A stretch of 48,312 nucleotides of DNA. Source: Coleofasciculus chthonoplastes F2-STO-03. Lineage in GTDB: Bacteria > Cyanobacteriota > Cyanobacteriia > Cyanobacteriales > Coleofasciculaceae. How positions within the stretch are numbered: position 1 is the stretch's first letter; the number at the start of each line of letters is the position of its first letter. A program made the position numbers and the translations under genes. The stretch lies in NCBI GenBank assembly GCA_040222015.1, contig JAVJWO010000023.1, positions 1 through 48,312 on the forward strand, given 5' to 3'. The notes beneath the pieces are model-generated. The model had not been told where the DNA came from. It ran no database searches and was given only the letters and a program-made list of their open reading frames with translations. Positions 39,118-48,312 of this stretch are shown piece by piece.

Positions 39118-42100
39118 ATGGCGAGAAATTGTTTGCGGATTAATCATCAAGGTGATTCGATTCAACTTTCCTGGCAACGCGGACAATCTAATCCTCGCCC
39201 TGCGCCATCAGTAACGTTTACACATCCCTTTGACAAGCAAGCTTTAGCTGACTTGCGCTGGTATCTGGAAGAGTATTTGCGTTTTCCCTATGGCATTTAT
39301 CCAGATCATGCCGCCAAGATTGAGCAAAAGTTTCAAGACTGGGGAGAGCAGTTGTTTGAATTAGTCTTTCGCAGTAGTGAGCAAGCGCGGCAATTTTTTC
39401 AGGCGGCGACTTACGAAGGGTTAAATCAGTGCGAACTGGTGATTACATCCGATAGTCCAGAGGTGCTGAATTTACCTTGGGAGTTATTGTACTCGCCGAG
39501 CGATCGCCAATTTCTCGCCCCGTCTTTGGCAGGGATGTCTCGTAGCCTCAGCGATTATGCGGTGCGGGCAGAAATGGGGCAGTTAACCCAGGATAAGCTG
39601 AATATTTTGCTGGTGATTGCTCGTCCTTATGGCGAGAGGGATATTGGGCTGAGAACCATTGCCCGTCCGTTGCTGGAAGCCATATCAAATATTCGCAAAA
39701 AAGTCAACCTCAAAGTGTTGCGTCCGCCCAGCTTTGAGCAGTTTGAGCGGGAACTGAATGCCAATCGCGGGTTTTATCACATCGTTCATTTTGATGGACA
39801 TGGGGATTTTGATCCCAACAGCACAGGATTTCAGCATACCTTGGGTGCTGCGGGGCAGGGATTGTTGGTGTTTGAAAAGAATGATGGTTCGCCCGATATT
39901 GTTACCGCCGCACAGATTGCTCAGAATTTGGCAGATTGCCGGGTGCCGATTTTTGTGTTGAATGCTTGTAAATCGGGGCAGGAGGGAGAGGAAAAGTTTT
40001 CTTCAGTAGCGACGCGCTTGGTGTCCTTGGGGGCTAAGGGTGTCGTGGCAATGGCTTATTCTGTTTATGCGGAAGCCGCTAAACATTTCATGGGGCGGTT
40101 GTATGGGGAGTTGGCGGCGGGTGCGACTCTCGACAGTGCAATGGCGGCGGGGCGAAAGGACGTTTTGAATAAGCCGCAGCGCCCTAGTCCCAAGGGTGAT
40201 AAGCCTCTGCAAGATTGGCTGGTGCCGGTGCTATATCAGCAGGAATCCTACACGCCGTTTATTCCCACAACTACAGATGCAGATATTCTGGATATTGAGG
40301 ATTTCCTAGAGCCAACGGTTAGCAATTTGGTGGGTTTCCCAGAGGAGGGGGCTTACGGCTTTGTTGGGCGAGACTACGATATTTTGCGGTTAGAGCGGGC
40401 GTTTCGCCAAAACAATATTGTGCTGTTGCAAGGCATGGCTGGTGTGGGCAAAACTGAGTTAGCTTGTGGTTTTGGGCGGTGGTTAGAGGAGACTCAGGGA
40501 CGTACTGGCAAGATATTCTTTATGTCGTTTGAGCATGGGGCGACGCTGAGTAATGTTGTGAATCAAGTGGGCAGGGAAGTGTGGGGTGACAAGTTTTCCC
40601 AGTATCCGGCAGAGCAACAACAGCAAGCTGTACTGAAATATCTGAAAACTCAGCCAAGTCTGTTGATTTGGGACAACTTTGAGCCTGTGGCGGGGTTTCC
40701 GGCGGGGAATGAGCCGTTGCTGAATGCGAGTGAGCGAGACAGTTTGCAGCGGTTTCTCAAAGAGTTGCGTAGCGGGAAGTCTTGGGTGTTGATTACCAGT
40801 TGGCGGGAGGAGCGTTGGCTGGATTGTGGTTACAGGTTACTGGATTTGCGGGGACTGCGCGAGCAGGATGTGGAGGAGTTGGCGGCGAAGATTCTGCAAA
40901 CTGCGGGGGTAGATAGGGCGAAACTTCCCAAGGAGTATTTGGATTTGTTGAAACTCTTGGGAGGACATCCGCTATCTTTGCGAGTGGTGTTGCCGCACCT
41001 TAAGACGCAGAGTCCAGTGCAATTGATTGAGGCTTTGCGGCAGGGGTTGGATACTTTTCAGGGGGCAGAGGAGGAAGGTAGAGATAAATCTCTTACTGTT
41101 TCGCTGGATTATTCCTTTGCTAAATTGTCTGAACGCGCTCGTCAGCATTTGCCCTTTTTAGCCCTATTCTCTGAGCGAGTTAATGCTGATTTGCTCGATG
41201 CTGTTTCTGGAACTGCCGATAGTGACATAGGGCAGGCATATCAGGCTGTCTTTGGGGAGAACTTGCAAAAAGCTGATTGGCTGAAGCTAGTCAACGAAGC
41301 AATAGAAGCAGGTATCCTAGAACATCTCGATCTAACCATCTACAAAATTCATCCCGCCCTTCCCTGGTATCTGCGTCAACGGCTATCTGAGCAACACGCT
41401 GCCCAGGAGGTCAGCGAACTGGAAAAAAAGTTGCTGGTTTTCTACGCATATTTCGCGGATAAATACTATAGAGAACTAATCAGCAATGCTGAACTTGCAA
41501 GCTTTGTGCTGCGAGTCGAAGAGCCAAATTTGTTGCAAAACTTGCGGCTGGCAGAACAACAGCAGAGCTGGGAATATGCTCAAGCAATTCTACAAGCTTT
41601 GGACGAAGTGTATGAGCGGATAGCTCGCAAACCCGAATTGAGGGCACTGCGACAACGGGCACTGGGTCAAATTGGCATCCATTTGTCAGAAGCAAAGGCG
41701 AAGGGGCAAAATGCCTCCAACTTCTGGATGTATCTGCGGGGAGTAGATGCTAACGAGGCTCTAATTGTTGGTGATTTGGAAGGAGCAAGAGCAATTTATC
41801 AAGAAATCCTTGATGAGCTGACCTCCTTAAATGACCCCTCTGTGAATGGCAACATTGCTGTTGCGTATCATCTATTGGGCGTGGTAGCACAGAAGCAACG
41901 GCACTTTGAGGAGGCGATTGCTTTCTACCAACAAGCCCTGCAAATTTATAAAGACGCGGAAGATTGGTCTAAGGCTGCAACTATCTATCACCAACTGGGG
42001 AGGGTAGCAGAAGATCAATGGTATTGGGATGAGGCGATTGCTTTCTACCACAATGCCCGGAAAATTTTTGAAGATGCAGGAGATTGGTACTCTTGTGCTA

Positions 42101-42720
42101 AGGTCTATTACCAACTAGGCAATGTAGCTTATTTGCAACAGCATTGGGATGAAGCAAAACTCTTTTACTACAAATCCCTGAAAATAAAAGAAAATGCTGG
42201 GGATTGGTATTCTGCTGCTAATGACTATTACCAACTAGGGTTAGTAGCACAGAAGAAACGACGCTGGGATGAAGCAAAAGACTTTTACCACAAAGCTTTG
42301 AAGATAAAAGAAGACGCTGGAGATACTTACAACGCTTCATACCAGTATTACGGATTGGGAGAGATTGCCAAAGAGCAAGGAGATTTTGATAGCGCAGTTG
42401 CCTATTTTCAAAAAGCGTTCGCAGCTAGAAGTGCAGCGAACGATTTGCACAGAGCATTCTTAACTCTGGTCGTATGGGGTCGAACCCTGGAAACACAGGA
42501 AAAATGGATAAAGGCGGTAATAATTTACATTCAAGCTTTAGCAATTAGCATAAAGCATCATCAAGAATTCGTCGGCGTGTCTGTCCGAAATTTAGGACGA
42601 ATGTATAAGGTTATGGGAAAATCCCAATTTGAGGCAGTTTGGCGAGAAGTGACAGGTGAGGAGTGCCCGGAAGAGATACGTTCAGAAATTCAGGCAGCAA
42701 GTGAAGAAAACGAGGAATGA
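39118..42720 (+). CDS. CHAT (caspase-like) protease - STAND NTPase - TPR protein
   Basis: LPWELL, catalytic HFDGHG and LNACKS; Walker A GMAGVGKT, Walker B LLIWDNFE, GGHPL; ~40-aa TPR-like repeats at the C-terminus. Confidence 0.9.
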   Translation: MARNCLRINHQGDSIQLSWQRGQSNPRPAPSVTFTHPFDKQALADLRWYLEEYLRFPYGIYPDHAAKIEQKFQDWGEQLFELVFRSSEQARQFFQAATYEGLNQCELVITSDSPEVLNLPWELLYSPSDRQFLAPSLAGMSRSLSDYAVRAEMGQLTQDKLNILLVIARPYGERDIGLRTIARPLLEAISNIRKKVNLKVLRPPSFEQFERELNANRGFYHIVHFDGHGDFDPNSTGFQHTLGAAGQGLLVFEKNDGSPDIVTAAQIAQNLADCRVPIFVLNACKSGQEGEEKFSSVATRLVSLGAKGVVAMAYSVYAEAAKHFMGRLYGELAAGATLDSAMAAGRKDVLNKPQRPSPKGDKPLQDWLVPVLYQQESYTPFIPTTTDADILDIEDFLEPTVSNLVGFPEEGAYGFVGRDYDILRLERAFRQNNIVLLQGMAGVGKTELACGFGRWLEETQGRTGKIFFMSFEHGATLSNVVNQVGREVWGDKFSQYPAEQQQQAVLKYLKTQPSLLIWDNFEPVAGFPAGNEPLLNASERDSLQRFLKELRSGKSWVLITSWREERWLDCGYRLLDLRGLREQDVEELAAKILQTAGVDRAKLPKEYLDLLKLLGGHPLSLRVVLPHLKTQSPVQLIEALRQGLDTFQGAEEEGRDKSLTVSLDYSFAKLSERARQHLPFLALFSERVNADLLDAVSGTADSDIGQAYQAVFGENLQKADWLKLVNEAIEAGILEHLDLTIYKIHPALPWYLRQRLSEQHAAQEVSELEKKLLVFYAYFADKYYRELISNAELASFVLRVEEPNLLQNLRLAEQQQSWEYAQAILQALDEVYERIARKPELRALRQRALGQIGIHLSEAKAKGQNASNFWMYLRGVDANEALIVGDLEGARAIYQEILDELTSLNDPSVNGNIAVAYHLLGVVAQKQRHFEEAIAFYQQALQIYKDAEDWSKAATIYHQLGRVAEDQWYWDEAIAFYHNARKIFEDAGDWYSCAKVYYQLGNVAYLQQHWDEAKLFYYKSLKIKENAGDWYSAANDYYQLGLVAQKKRRWDEAKDFYHKALKIKEDAGDTYNASYQYYGLGEIAKEQGDFDSAVAYFQKAFAARSAANDLHRAFLTLVVWGRTLETQEKWIKAVIIYIQALAISIKHHQEFVGVSVRNLGRMYKVMGKSQFEAVWREVTGEECPEEIRSEIQAASEENEE

Positions 42721-43041
42721 TTATGTATTCTTTAGTCCGTTTTAACGGACTTGCGCTATGAGCCTTGAAATTGATTTCAAGGCGGTGTGGCAGCGTGGCG
42801 ATAAATTCAATCAATATGTTAGCGTGGTGGAAATTTATTTAAAATGGTGTAACAGCATGGCAATAAATTAAATCAAGATGTTATCATTGGTGGAAATTTA
42901 TTCCCGGTTATGGATTAGGGTGAGCAATTTATTTTCCAGTGATGTGATGGTGTAATCCGCTCATCCGCCTGGCACGGTAATCCCATCCTGGGAACGAGAT
43001 AATAACGAAGATGATGCTCCAACATTCCGACGAGGTATACC

Positions 43042-43473
43042 ATGGAACCCAAATTAAACTCAGATGAAATCAACGCCAAACAGCAGCTATTACAGGAGTA
43101 CGAACCCGCGCAAGAAGCATTTGCCACTCTAGAAAAAAATCAGGGCAGACTTGACGCCAGTTTTGATGAACTGTGGGCGGAAAAAAATGAGCCGCAAATG
43201 TTTGAAAAAGATCCCAGTAAGCGCAAATCCCTCTGGAACGTAATGCTGGGTGAAATCCGCAAAGAACTCTGCGGTGATGATGGCTTTCGTGGTAAAGTCA
43301 AGGAATATACCAAGAAACCAGATAGTGCGCCTTTGCTCACTGGGTTGATTGTCTCCCTCGTCGGCATTGCTGGGGCACACGGATTACCCATTGATCCTGC
43401 GATCGCAACAATTATTGTCTTGTATATTGTCAAAATTGGACTGAATACTTTTTGTGAATACACTGAACCTTAA
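43042..43473 (+). CDS. hypothetical protein downstream of the CHAT-STAND-TPR gene
   Basis: GAGG RBS; 143 aa with a hydrophobic C-terminal hairpin ending IGLNTFCEY. Confidence 0.8.
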   Translation: MEPKLNSDEINAKQQLLQEYEPAQEAFATLEKNQGRLDASFDELWAEKNEPQMFEKDPSKRKSLWNVMLGEIRKELCGDDGFRGKVKEYTKKPDSAPLLTGLIVSLVGIAGAHGLPIDPAIATIIVLYIVKIGLNTFCEYTEP

Positions 43474-43585
43474 ACTGGATGTCACTAACTTAAGGGTTTG
43501 TAGTGGGTAATACCAGCGTTGATGGCGCTGAATCGCAACTACAAACTAGCTTATGTCAGTGACATTTATTGATTTCTACGCTCAA

Positions 43586-44305
43586 TTAAACTAAAGCTTT
43601 TGCCGCTGAGAACTTTGATTTAGGAATGTCATAAGGGCGATAGTATATATCAACAATTTTAGCTAAATCCGCTAAGGTATAATTCGTGTCAAATAACGAT
43701 AATTTTAGGCAATGAAAAAAAGCAATATCCATCGTCAATCCCAATTGCTGACAAAAGTTTTCTGAGAGTCTACTTCCATTACGTTTATGCCGCAGATGCC
43801 GAGCGACAAACAGTTGTCTTAAAACAATGAGTTTTTGGAACACAACCTCGATAATCCGGGCGGGCGACTGCAACCCCGTCATCTCTCGTGTTGGACTCGG
43901 CGTATTCTGTTCAAATCTAAAGTGAGCGTCTTTGAGTTGAAAGATTAAACACAGTTGCTGTACGACTTGTACTTGGAACAAATGTTCTAGTTGTTCAACT
44001 CGCAACGCTCCTTGCTGTTTCAGATACAATCCCAAAGGTTGATCTTCTGGACACAACTGAGCCAGTTTCGTGACAACACGGTTACTCACCCACTCGTATT
44101 GCTGAATCAGCGAGAGTAACCCTTGATCATTCAATTGGTTGGCGGCAGTGATAACATTGCCATTCTCTACCCAAATATAATAAGACGACACATCTCTTGA
44201 CTCCGATCGCGATCGCAGCATCAGTACGCCGCTTTTGTTTCCCTGATCGATAAATCGAAAAATTTCCGACAGAGAAAAATCTGAAAGAAACCCTGTAATG
44301 GACAT
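43586..44305 (-). CDS. DUF4388 (PatA N-terminal-like) domain protein
   Basis: MSITGFLSDFSLSEIFRFIDQGNKSGVL...F.LKDAHF.F. Confidence 0.85.
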   Translation of the reverse strand: MSITGFLSDFSLSEIFRFIDQGNKSGVLMLRSRSESRDVSSYYIWVENGNVITAANQLNDQGLLSLIQQYEWVSNRVVTKLAQLCPEDQPLGLYLKQQGALRVEQLEHLFQVQVVQQLCLIFQLKDAHFRFEQNTPSPTREMTGLQSPARIIEVVFQKLIVLRQLFVARHLRHKRNGSRLSENFCQQLGLTMDIAFFHCLKLSLFDTNYTLADLAKIVDIYYRPYDIPKSKFSAAKALV

Positions 44306-44427
44306 GGCTGGTGAATTGAACCCCTACAACTATTATCTCGATTAACGGTTGAACTCAATCGCGATCGCCAGATCCGGTCAGATCGCGATTTATAATGAGT
44401 GGGTGTTGTTGTTGGCGATCTTGCTCT

Positions 44428-45687
44428 GTGACCCAAACTCCCCTTCCTAATTCCCGCTCCTCTACCGATGTAGTAAACGAACAACCGGATGCCTTAGGGC
44501 GTTTTGGCAAATTTGGCGGCAAGTATGTGCCGGAAACTCTAATGCCAGCGCTGTTCGAGTTAGAGCAGTCGTTTAAACAGTACCGCAACCACCCCGATTT
44601 TCAGCAGGAATTACAACAGTTATTACGCGATTATGTCGGGCGTCCTAGTCCTCTATATTTTGCGGAACGGTTAACCGCCCACTATGCCAGACCCGATGGC
44701 GGTGGAGCGCAAATCTATTTGAAACGGGAAGACTTAAATCATACTGGCGCTCATAAGATTAATAATGCCTTAGCCCAAGTCCTATTAGCCAAGCGGATGG
44801 GCAAAAAGCGGATTATAGCAGAAACTGGGGCAGGTCAACATGGTGTGGCAACGGCAACAGTTTGTGCGCGGTTCGGCTTGGAATGCATTATCTATATGGG
44901 TGTTCAGGATATGGAACGCCAATCCCTGAACGTGTTTCGGATGCGGCTCATGGGTGCAAAAGTTCAACCCGTTGCGGCGGGAACGGGTACGCTCAAAGAT
45001 GCCACCTCGGAAGCGATTCGCGACTGGGTAACGAATGTGGAAACCACTCATTACATCCTCGGTTCAGTCGCCGGTCCCCATCCCTATCCCTTGCTCGTGC
45101 GTGACTTTCAGGCAATTATTGGTCAAGAAACCCGCACCCAATGTCAAGAGAAATGGGGTGGCTTACCGGATATCTTGTTAGCTTGTGTCGGTGGCGGTTC
45201 CAATGCAATGGGACTCTTCCACGAATTTGTTAACGAATCCAGGGTGCGGTTAATTGGTGTTGAAGCGGCTGGGGAAGGTGTCACCTCTACCAAGCACGCT
45301 GCTACCCTAACCTTAGGGCGTCCAGGTGTGCTGCATGGGGCGATGAGCTATTTACTCCAAGATACCGATGGTCAAGTCGTGGAAGCCCACTCTATAAGTG
45401 CGGGACTCGATTATCCGGGTGTTGGACCTGAACACAGTTATTTGAAAGATAGCGGTCGAGCAGAATACTATAGCGTCAGCGACCAAGAGGCGATCGCAGC
45501 GTTTCGCCAGTTATCGGAACTCGAAGGGATTATTCCCGCCCTAGAAACTGCCCACGCGATCGCGTATCTAGAAACCCTCTGCCCTCAACTTCAGGGTAGT
45601 CCTAAAATTGTGATTAACTGTTCCGGTCGCGGTGATAAAGATGTACAAACAGTTGGTAAGTTTATTCAGTTAGACTCCCAGGATTAA
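44428..45687 (+). CDS. trpB: tryptophan synthase beta chain
   Basis: [59 protein letters not shown]; start uncertain (GTG 44428 or ATG 44395). Confidence 0.96.
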   Translation: MTQTPLPNSRSSTDVVNEQPDALGRFGKFGGKYVPETLMPALFELEQSFKQYRNHPDFQQELQQLLRDYVGRPSPLYFAERLTAHYARPDGGGAQIYLKREDLNHTGAHKINNALAQVLLAKRMGKKRIIAETGAGQHGVATATVCARFGLECIIYMGVQDMERQSLNVFRMRLMGAKVQPVAAGTGTLKDATSEAIRDWVTNVETTHYILGSVAGPHPYPLLVRDFQAIIGQETRTQCQEKWGGLPDILLACVGGGSNAMGLFHEFVNESRVRLIGVEAAGEGVTSTKHAATLTLGRPGVLHGAMSYLLQDTDGQVVEAHSISAGLDYPGVGPEHSYLKDSGRAEYYSVSDQEAIAAFRQLSELEGIIPALETAHAIAYLETLCPQLQGSPKIVINCSGRGDKDVQTVGKFIQLDSQD

Positions 45688-45690
45688 ACG

Positions 45691-46230
45691 GTGCGGTCAA
45701 GATCTGTTTTTGTGATGAGTGGATTCCTGCTACTAAAGTTAGGACTCAGTAGTTGTGATTTGGCGTTGAGTGTCAATCAAACCCCGGTGAGTCAATCCGA
45801 ATCTCCTGCAACTGTGTCTCCACAGTCCAATGATGGTGAATTCACCAATTGGGAAGGGTTGGTGCATCAACAGATTAATCAATATCGGCGTTCCCAAAAC
45901 CTGCCCCCATTAACCGTAGACGCGAGCATGAGCAAGGAAGCCAGACGCCACAGTCAGGCAATGGCAACCGGGCGTGTTCCGTTCGGTCATGGGGGATTTG
46001 AACAACGAGTCCGGGCGATCGCCCAATCCATGTCCTATCGCCAAGCGGCGGAAAATGTCGCCTATAATCAGGGCTATTCTGATCCAGCGACACAGGCGGT
46101 GCAAGGCTGGTTAAAAAGCCCAGGACATCGAAAAAATATTGAAGGGGATTTTGATGTCACCGGGATTGGCGTGAGTAAAAATGCCAAGGGAGACTATTAT
46201 TTTACCCAGATTTTCATCAAGCGGCAGTAG
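45691..46230 (+). CDS. CAP/SCP domain protein, probable lipoprotein
   Basis: LGLSSC lipobox-like, INQYR, HSQAMA, AENVA, WLKSPGHRKNI, YFTQIF. Confidence 0.9.
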   Translation: MRSRSVFVMSGFLLLKLGLSSCDLALSVNQTPVSQSESPATVSPQSNDGEFTNWEGLVHQQINQYRRSQNLPPLTVDASMSKEARRHSQAMATGRVPFGHGGFEQRVRAIAQSMSYRQAAENVAYNQGYSDPATQAVQGWLKSPGHRKNIEGDFDVTGIGVSKNAKGDYYFTQIFIKRQ

Positions 46231-46274
46231 TTTGTTATTTGTTCATTATTGATAATTCCTAATCGAGATATCTG

Positions 46275-46925
46275 ATGACTCATCCACCCATCGAGAAAGA
46301 CGTGGCAGAATTTCAAGTGTGCGATCGCGACCTTCCCGACGCCCTGCTGAAGACCTATCTAAACGCCGAAGCGATAGCCGTTGATACGGAAACCATGGGG
46401 CTAATCTATCAGCGCGATCGCTTGTGTCTGGTGCAACTGTGTGACCCCCAAGACCGAGTTACGGTGATCCGCATTGATAAAAAACAAACCGAAGCCCCTA
46501 ACCTGAAGCAGTTGCTGGAAGCCCAAACTGTCTTAAAAGTCTTTCACTTTGCCCGTTTCGATCTCGCCATCTTACGCCAAAATCTGGACATCTATGTCCA
46601 ACCTGTATTTTGTACAAAAATTGCCAGTAAACTTGCCCGTACCTATACCAACCGTCATGGGCTGAAGGATTTAGTCATGGATCTCGAACAGGTGGAACTG
46701 GATAAAAGTTCCCAGAGTTCAGATTGGGGGAATCCTAATAACCTGTCGGATGAACAACTTCGCTATGCAGCAAATGATGTCCGTTATTTGTTGTCTGTGC
46801 GGCAGAAACTGATTACCATGTTGCAACGAGAAGATCGCTGGCAACTTGCCCAAGAGTGCTTTGAGGCGTTATCCGTGATGGTGTCTTTGGATTTACTCCT
46901 CTATCGAGATATCTTTGAGCATTAA
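46275..46925 (+). CDS. ribonuclease D-like 3'-5' exonuclease
   Basis: AVDTETMGL, LCLVQL, KVFHFARFD, QSSDW, YAANDV (DEDDy motifs). Confidence 0.9.
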   Translation: MTHPPIEKDVAEFQVCDRDLPDALLKTYLNAEAIAVDTETMGLIYQRDRLCLVQLCDPQDRVTVIRIDKKQTEAPNLKQLLEAQTVLKVFHFARFDLAILRQNLDIYVQPVFCTKIASKLARTYTNRHGLKDLVMDLEQVELDKSSQSSDWGNPNNLSDEQLRYAANDVRYLLSVRQKLITMLQREDRWQLAQECFEALSVMVSLDLLLYRDIFEH

Positions 46926-47106
46926 ACTGACTGGTATGCTGGTGGGCCCTTGCGAAGCCGAAACCCACCCTACAATATATCTTTGACATTAATCCTAAAG
47001 AGTGGCTGTGGCTCAAAGGTGGATGAACCGAATTCCACCCAGAGTGATAACTGCTAGGATAAAAAAAATGAAGTGTCAATAAGATTGCTGGATTTAGAAG
47101 TTTCCC

Positions 47107-47679
47107 ATGCCCATGACTGCTCAAGTTATTGTCGAAAAGAAAAAACTAGACAACCCGCCGCTAGAGATTCACTATCTGGGCGATCGCGTTCTACGTCAAC
47201 CAGCGAAACGGGTGGCTAAAGTAGACCAAAGCATCCGACAGTTAGCGCATCAGATGCTGCAAACCATGTATAGCGCAGATGGTATCGGCTTGGCAGCACC
47301 ACAGGTTGGGGTAAATAAACAAATCATTGTCATCGACTGCGAACCGGATAACCCAGAAAATCCCCCCTTGATTCTGATCAACCCCACGATTAAACGTTTT
47401 GGTCAGAGTATATGTGATGCTCAAGAAGGGTGTTTAAGTGTTCCTGGCGTTTACTTAGATGTCAAACGTCCGGTAGAGGTGGAAGTTGCCTACAAAGATG
47501 AGAATGGACGCCCGAAACGATTAAAGGCAGATGGTTTACTATCTCGCGCCATTCAACATGAAATGGATCACCTGACTGGGGTTATGTTTGTGGATCGGGT
47601 GGACAATGGATTGGTTTTGGCAGAAGAACTGCAAAAGTATGGCTTTTCTACCCAAGCGGTTAAACCATTTAATTCTTAG
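47107..47679 (+). CDS. def: peptide deformylase
   Basis: GIGLAAPQVG, EGCLS, QHEMDHL. Confidence 0.97.
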   Translation: MPMTAQVIVEKKKLDNPPLEIHYLGDRVLRQPAKRVAKVDQSIRQLAHQMLQTMYSADGIGLAAPQVGVNKQIIVIDCEPDNPENPPLILINPTIKRFGQSICDAQEGCLSVPGVYLDVKRPVEVEVAYKDENGRPKRLKADGLLSRAIQHEMDHLTGVMFVDRVDNGLVLAEELQKYGFSTQAVKPFNS

Positions 47680-47780
47680 GCAGTCTCAGCCTAACCGTGC
47701 CAATGTTTTGTCCATGGAGCAATCCATGGACATTTTACAACTGGCTCGGTTTTTTTGTATTTTTCGTTAGGTTTAATTGA

Positions 47781-47975
47781 ATGACACCAAAAAGTGGTTT
47801 ATTTTTGATGGGGTCCTGTATTACCGCGATTGCGGCTGTGGGTTCAATTTTTGAACTCTCCTCAGGAACACCCCAGTTGGGTGCATCCGTCACAGAAATT
47901 ATCCTGGCGGGTAGTATTCCCTTGAGTGGCTTTTTGTTCTATGCGGCTGTTCGTGATGCGAGAGCAAATCAGTAG
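47781..47975 (+). CDS. small two-TM membrane protein
   Basis: 64 aa, IAAVGSIFELSSG.P.LG motif, two hydrophobic helices. Confidence 0.75.
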   Translation: MTPKSGLFLMGSCITAIAAVGSIFELSSGTPQLGASVTEIILAGSIPLSGFLFYAAVRDARANQ

Positions 47976-48089
47976 AATTATTTCTCCCTGGGGTTTGGCG
48001 TCCGTTTTCTGTTGTCCTTTAGAATTTAATTGTAGGGGTACGGCACAGAACATTGGTGTCAACTTAAGCTCAACCCCTCACCCACGCCA

Positions 48090-48143
48090 GCCCTCACCCC
48101 CAGCCCCTCTCCCAAGCTTGGGAGAGGGGCTGGGGGTGAGGGT
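48090..48143. repeat. C/G-rich palindromic dispersed repeat
   Basis: CCCTCACCCCCAGCCCCTCTCCCAAG-CTTGGGAGAGGGGCTGGGGGTGAGGG perfect inverted repeat. Confidence 0.75.
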
Positions 48144-48312
48144 TTCTCGATGTGATGCCAGAAGCTTCTTTATTCCCCTTCTCCAATGAAACAAAAGCGA
48201 AGCATCCTCTGTCATCCCCCCTCGCCAAAAAAGCGAAGCATCCTTAGTCCTCCCCCCTCTTGTAGGGGGGAATGAGGGGGGTAGGGGGGAACGAGGGGGG
48301 TGGGAGAAGGGG

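Noticed and set aside
41860..42330. TPR DNA repeats as a diversity-generating retroelement target
   Set aside because: No reverse transcriptase or template repeat in the window, and differences are not evidently adenine-specific
807..47770. Numerous short antisense or overlapping ORFs in the track (e.g. 3246-3437, 14771-15151, 16910-17263, 31665-31982, 43140-43463)
   Set aside because: Shadow frames of well-supported genes with no independent motifs

Overview
Chromosomal window from a cyanobacterium, probably filamentous (frequent HIP1 GCGATCGC octamers, heptamer STRR repeats, petN, cyanobacterial-type PEP-CTERM and Uma2 genes). Housekeeping flanks (VWA protein, SDR, petN, yajQ, hemL on the left; DUF4388, trpB, CAP, RNase D-like, def on the right) enclose a ~38 kb accessory region. 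Its core is an apparently complete extracellular contractile injection system (eCIS, Afp/PVC-like) operon on the minus strand (5951-23074): cap, sheath, two tubes, Afp6/7, VgrG-like spike, gp25, tip, two baseplate proteins, S74-chaperone tail fibre and tape measure. Next comes a rearranged zone with an Rpn nuclease, a broken UPF0175/PIN pair, an IS605 remnant, and an Afp15-like AAA+ ATPase plus its 5'-truncated duplicate. It also holds a 2OG-Fe(II) oxygenase, a truncated IscB with its omega/HEARO RNA, an AsnB-like amidotransferase, a double-lectin protein and a caspase(CHAT)-STAND-TPR protein with a small downstream gene. The most interesting signal is three genes, one with DUF4157, that share a basic Ser-rich N-terminal leader ending in S(M/L)xxNVSxTLQ; two also share ~315 bp of upstream non-coding DNA. 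They are candidate eCIS cargo cassettes. All family assignments come from motif recognition by eye, not database searches.
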